Shown: one piece after another, positions 60,506-64,000 of the stretch
Layout of the letters: each line of letters opens with the position of its first letter
Numbering within the stretch: position 1 is the stretch's first letter
Assembly (NCBI RefSeq): GCF_964355755.1
Contig: NC_092673.1
Coordinates: 18,225,648-18,289,647, forward strand
DNA: 64,000 nucleotides
From: Antedon mediterranea
Lineage: Eukaryota; Animalia; Echinodermata
Direction: 5' to 3'
The notes under the pieces: generated by a model
What the model was told of the DNA's origin: nothing
What the model saw: the letters and a program-made list of their open reading frames with translations, nothing else
Databases searched by the model: none
Translations under genes and position numbers: made by a program

Positions 60506-63414
60506 CGAGTGAACCAGACAACGCGACGGACCAGTTGGGGTGCACCAAACGTGTTAAGAAGGACCAAAGAGAACCAGAAATCACGAGATCACATGAACCA
60601 TTATTTGACCCAAGAGAGGGGTTGTACGTGAAAGCAACCGTAACAGAAACAGACACGCACCTGTTAGTAGATACCGGGGCGACAGGCACCTTGTTGTCTA
60701 CTGCTTTGTACTACCAGATACCGGCGAACCTGCGTCCTCGCCTGTCGAAGTTGTCATCCGAACTACATCAGGCGGACGGCAAACCCATCAGGACGAAGGG
60801 AAGCGCGGAGGTTGAAGTACGAGTAGGTGATACCTGCCGAACCATTAGTGTAATATTCGCGGATCTAACAGCACCAGGTATACTTGGAATGGATTTCCTC
60901 TTAGCGACTGGGGGAATACTGGACCTGTCTACTCTAGAATTATGCTTGGGAAACGAAAAGATCCGATGTACCACAAGGGACGGAGAACCATTTGGCCGCC
61001 TAGTAAGAATACACAAAACCATTGAAATACCAGCAGAGTGTCAGTGTATTGCTACTGCGTACGTGCAACGACCCAGAGAAACAGAAGGGGGATGGATGGT
61101 AGAACCGAAGGGTTGTTCCAGTCTAGATGAAAAGGGCCTCGTCGTAGGTCGAACTGTAGTAGATCCAAATGCTCATTCATTCCCGCTACCTATACTAAAT
61201 GCTGGTCCTGAAAAGAAAGTGATTTTGGCTGGTACGAAAGTTGGTGTCCTTGCTCCAGTCACGATAGACCGTCCAATTACTACCAGAACAGTAAAGAACG
61301 AGACACCGTCTAGTAGCGGTTTGCCTGTGTATTTGGCGGAGTTGTATGAACGTAGCATTAAGGGTGTAAAACATCGGCACCATGTTCAGATCCAGAAATT
61401 GTTAGGCGATTATCAAGACGTGTTTGCTGCCAGTGATGCCGATCTTGGGCGAACCGGACTAGTAAAGCACGACATAAAGACCAAGGGTGCTGCCCCGGTA
61501 CGAGAGCCCCCACGGCGACAACCTATGACAAACCAGGAAGAGATAGAGAAACAGGTACGAGACTTGTTAGAACGAGGTGTGATCGAACCAACAGAAAGCC
61601 CTTGGGCTTCGAACGTTGTGTTGGTGTCAAAGAAAGATGGGACGAAACGATTCTGTGTTGATTATAGGCGGCTGAATGACCTTACTGTCAAAGACGCGTA
61701 TCCGTTACCGAGAATCGATGATTCTCTTGACGCATTATCGGGGGCAAAATGGTTCTCTACCTTAGATTTGGCCTCCGGTTATTGGCAAGTAGAGTTGGAC
61801 GAGGACGCTAAACAGAAGGCGGCATTCGTAGTACGAGGTGGCCATTTTACGTGGACGGTAATGCCTTTTGGACTGTGTAACGCGCCGTCTACTTTTGAAC
61901 GACTCATGGAACGGGTATTGAACGGGATGCAGTGGAAAGAGTTATTGATCTACTTAGACGATGTGATTGTGTATGCCAGTTCTATAGAGGACGAGATAAC
62001 CAGGTTGGGAAAAGTGTTTCAGCGATTCCGAGACGCAGGGTTAAAATTGAAGCCTAAGAAGTGTAGCCTCTTTCAGACAGAGGTTCTGTACCTTGGTCAT
62101 GTGGTATCTGAAGCTGGAATAAAAACCGATCCAGAAAAGGTGGCGGCCGTACGAGATTGGCCGACTCCCAGAAATGCCCATGATGTACGCAGTTTCTTAG
62201 GGCTAGCAGCGTACTATCGGAAGTTCATTAAGGACTTCTCAGCTCTGGCAAAGCCACTATTTCAACTAACGGAGAAATCACGAACGTTTGAGTGGGGTGA
62301 GCAGCAGCAAAGCGCATTTGAAACCCTTAAGCAGATGTTACAGACTTCACCTATCCTGGCTTACCCAAATCCAGACGCTGAATTCATCCTAGACACGGAT
62401 GCTAGTAATTATGCATTGGGAGGCGTTTTATCACAGATCCAGGATGGACAGGAACGAGTTGTGGCGTACGGGAGTCGAACGCTGAGTAGAGCAGAGAAGA
62501 ATTACTGTGTTACCAGAAGAGAGTTGTTAGCGTTGGTGCACTTCCTGAAGTATTTCAGGCAGTACCTATATGGACGAAAGATTACAATACGAACCGACCA
62601 CTCGTCTTTAAGATGGCTCATAAACTTTAAAAATCCTGAAGGCCAATTAGCCAGGTGGTTTGAGGTAATAAGCTTGTACGAGTTCACAGTTGTTCACAGG
62701 CCAGGGGCCAAACACGGGAACGCCGATGGACTGTCCCGTCGACCGTGCAAACAGTGTGGAAAAGGTACCGGTAGCCAAGAACCTGTACCTGAAGAACCAG
62801 AACTGGCAGAAGAACCTGTGTCAAAAGTACCAGTTCAAAACCATATCCGATTATCACGTCTAGAACCAGAAATACCGAACGAAGCCTTAACAACCCATCA
62901 GTTGCAGGATGAATCCATCGCATGGGTATACGATGCTAAGAAAAATAATACTGCTAGGCCCGATTGGGCGGACGTGTCTCCTGAGAATCGGGCATATTGG
63001 TTACTATGGGACCTGTTAGAAATTAGAGGTGGAACTTTGTGCAGAAAATGGGAAAGTGATGATGGAAGTACCTGTACGTGGAAAGTGGTGCTGCCAAGTA
63101 ACCTCCGGTCCCAGATGATGGACGAGGTGCACGGGGGTGTTACCAGTGGGCATTTGGGGGTAACTAAGACATTAGGAAAATTGAAGCAAAAGTTCTACTG
63201 GCCCAGGATGCACCTAGACGTACGAGCACATGTCAGAAAGTGTGGGGCATGCGCCAAACGGAAAACCCCACCCCAGCGCAGAAAGGCTCCCCTCCAGCAG
63301 TGGCCAGTGCATGAACCAATGGAACGAGTAGCAGTGGACGAGACGGAAGATCTGGTGACCAGTACCCGAAAGCAACTGCAGCTCTGGCTGCTGTACGTGC
63401 GCGTGAAGCATTGA
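60433..63414 (+). CDS. pol: Pol (protease, RT, RNase H, truncated integrase), -1 frame relative to gag
   Basis: LVDTGA, RFCVDYR, MPFGL, YLDD, DTDAS, HHCC zinc domain; open from slippery site G GGA AAC at 60433-60439. Confidence 0.93.
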   Translation, partial: GKRWTTNHRGRWKVGKRRRPTQTVTSEPDNATDQLGCTKRVKKDQREPEITRSHEPLFDPREGLYVKATVTETDTHLLVDTGATGTLLSTALYYQIPANLRPRLSKLSSELHQADGKPIRTKGSAEVEVRVGDTCRTISVIFADLTAPGILGMDFLLATGGILDLSTLELCLGNEKIRCTTRDGEPFGRLVRIHKTIEIPAECQCIATAYVQRPRETEGGWMVEPKGCSSLDEKGLVVGRTVVDPNAHSFPLPILNAGPEKKVILAGTKVGVLAPVTIDRPITTRTVKNETPSSSGLPVYLAELYERSIKGVKHRHHVQIQKLLGDYQDVFAASDADLGRTGLVKHDIKTKGAAPVREPPRRQPMTNQEEIEKQVRDLLERGVIEPTESPWASNVVLVSKKDGTKRFCVDYRRLNDLTVKDAYPLPRIDDSLDALSGAKWFSTLDLASGYWQVELDEDAKQKAAFVVRGGHFTWTVMPFGLCNAPSTFERLMERVLNGMQWKELLIYLDDVIVYASSIEDEITRLGKVFQRFRDAGLKLKPKKCSLFQTEVLYLGHVVSEAGIKTDPEKVAAVRDWPTPRNAHDVRSFLGLAAYYRKFIKDFSALAKPLFQLTEKSRTFEWGEQQQSAFETLKQMLQTSPILAYPNPDAEFILDTDASNYALGGVLSQIQDGQERVVAYGSRTLSRAEKNYCVTRRELLALVHFLKYFRQYLYGRKITIRTDHSSLRWLINFKNPEGQLARWFEVISLYEFTVVHRPGAKHGNADGLSRRPCKQCGKGTGSQEPVPEEPELAEEPVSKVPVQNHIRLSRLEPEIPNEALTTHQLQDESIAWVYDAKKNNTARPDWADVSPENRAYWLLWDLLEIRGGTLCRKWESDDGSTCTWKVVLPSNLRSQMMDEVHGGVTSGHLGVTKTLGKLKQKFYWPRMHLDVRAHVRKCGACAKRKTPPQRRKAPLQQWPVHEPMERVAVDETEDLVTSTRKQLQLWLLYVRVKH

Positions 63415-63863
63415 AGAAGAGCGCCCGGAGGCAGAAGCGGTTATATGACCGATTGGCAGGTGGACCTTCCTTGAACGAGGGAAGTTTTGTACTCATGTAC
63501 GACAAAACCAAGAGAAAAGGAGTCTCTCCAAAACTGGAGAGTCGTTGGCGTGGTCCGTACCTGATCTGCAAAAAGATGTCGGAAGTAACGTACCGGATCC
63601 AGCTAAGTCCCAAAGGGAAGTACCGGGTGGTTCACTTTGACCTCCTCAAGGTCTATGAGGGAAACGTTACAGGAACGTGCTGGGCTACACCGGGGGGAGG
63701 GAATGTCCATACAGAACCAGATCCAAGTGCAAATGCAGGGCACCCATCTATTATCCCTGAGGTACCAGACTCGTCAGGCTCGGCAGAACCCGAACCAGAT
63801 AACTCATCCCGATATCCAAAAAGGCGACAGAGGAACCGTCCTGCACGGTTTCTCCAAGATTAG
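63411..63863 (+). pseudogene. Frameshifted integrase C-terminal (GPY/F) portion
   Basis: RQKRLYD..KLESRWRGPYLI..VVHFDLLK; out of frame with pol after the core deletion. Confidence 0.85.
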
Positions 63864-63935
63864 TACGGTGTAATGAAACTGCCGGACCGGATAGTTATTT
63901 TTGTTTTTTTTTTTATTTATTTCCAGATTGGAACG

Positions 63936-64000
63936 ATGAAAGAATGTAAAGAGTGCAAATCCGAGTTTCCTACTGTGACGGCACTACGTGGGCACCGGGA
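63936..64000 (+). CDS. Start of extra ORF with C2H2 zinc-finger motif (MKECKECKSEFPTVTALRGHR)
   Basis: C-x2-C-x3-F-x5-L-x2-H; strong splice acceptor ending at 63926; cut by window end. Confidence 0.55.
   Translation, partial: MKECKECKSEFPTVTALRGHR

Larger units (their letters stand above)
58467..64000 (+). mobile_element. Gypsy/Ty3 LTR retrotransposon (3' end beyond window)
   Basis: 5' LTR tgtaacg..cgttaca, PBS, gag, pol in PR-RT-RH-IN order. Confidence 0.96.

Overview
AT-rich, intron-rich animal genomic DNA, probably a marine invertebrate (inference), with no prokaryotic features. About 0.7-40.9 kb on the + strand holds a 5'-truncated multi-exon gene reconstructed by hand from GT-AG sites. 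Its 36 exons join into one frame-consistent ORF of about 2,460 aa within the window. The predicted order is Roc GTPase-COR, two tandem death-effector-domain (DED) pairs, a second Roc-COR with a ~240-aa Asn/Asp/His insert, a third DED pair, an OTU deubiquitinase-like domain, a Gly/Ser linker and a membrane anchor. The anchor appears to have two splice forms: a two-helix transmembrane hairpin, or two micro-exons ending in polybasic-CaaX (RKHKKRSKRCKLL*). No kinase domain is visible. The introns carry 41-bp, 78-bp and 10-kb (103-bp unit) tandem arrays, hAT-type elements and a mini LTR element with a triplicated tRNA-Leu primer site. Downstream lie four more minisatellites and a cluster of non-autonomous DNA transposons. 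The window ends in a Gypsy LTR retrotransposon with a deleted integrase core and a probable spliced extra ORF starting with a C2H2 zinc finger. All domain calls are by-eye motif recognition, not database searches.
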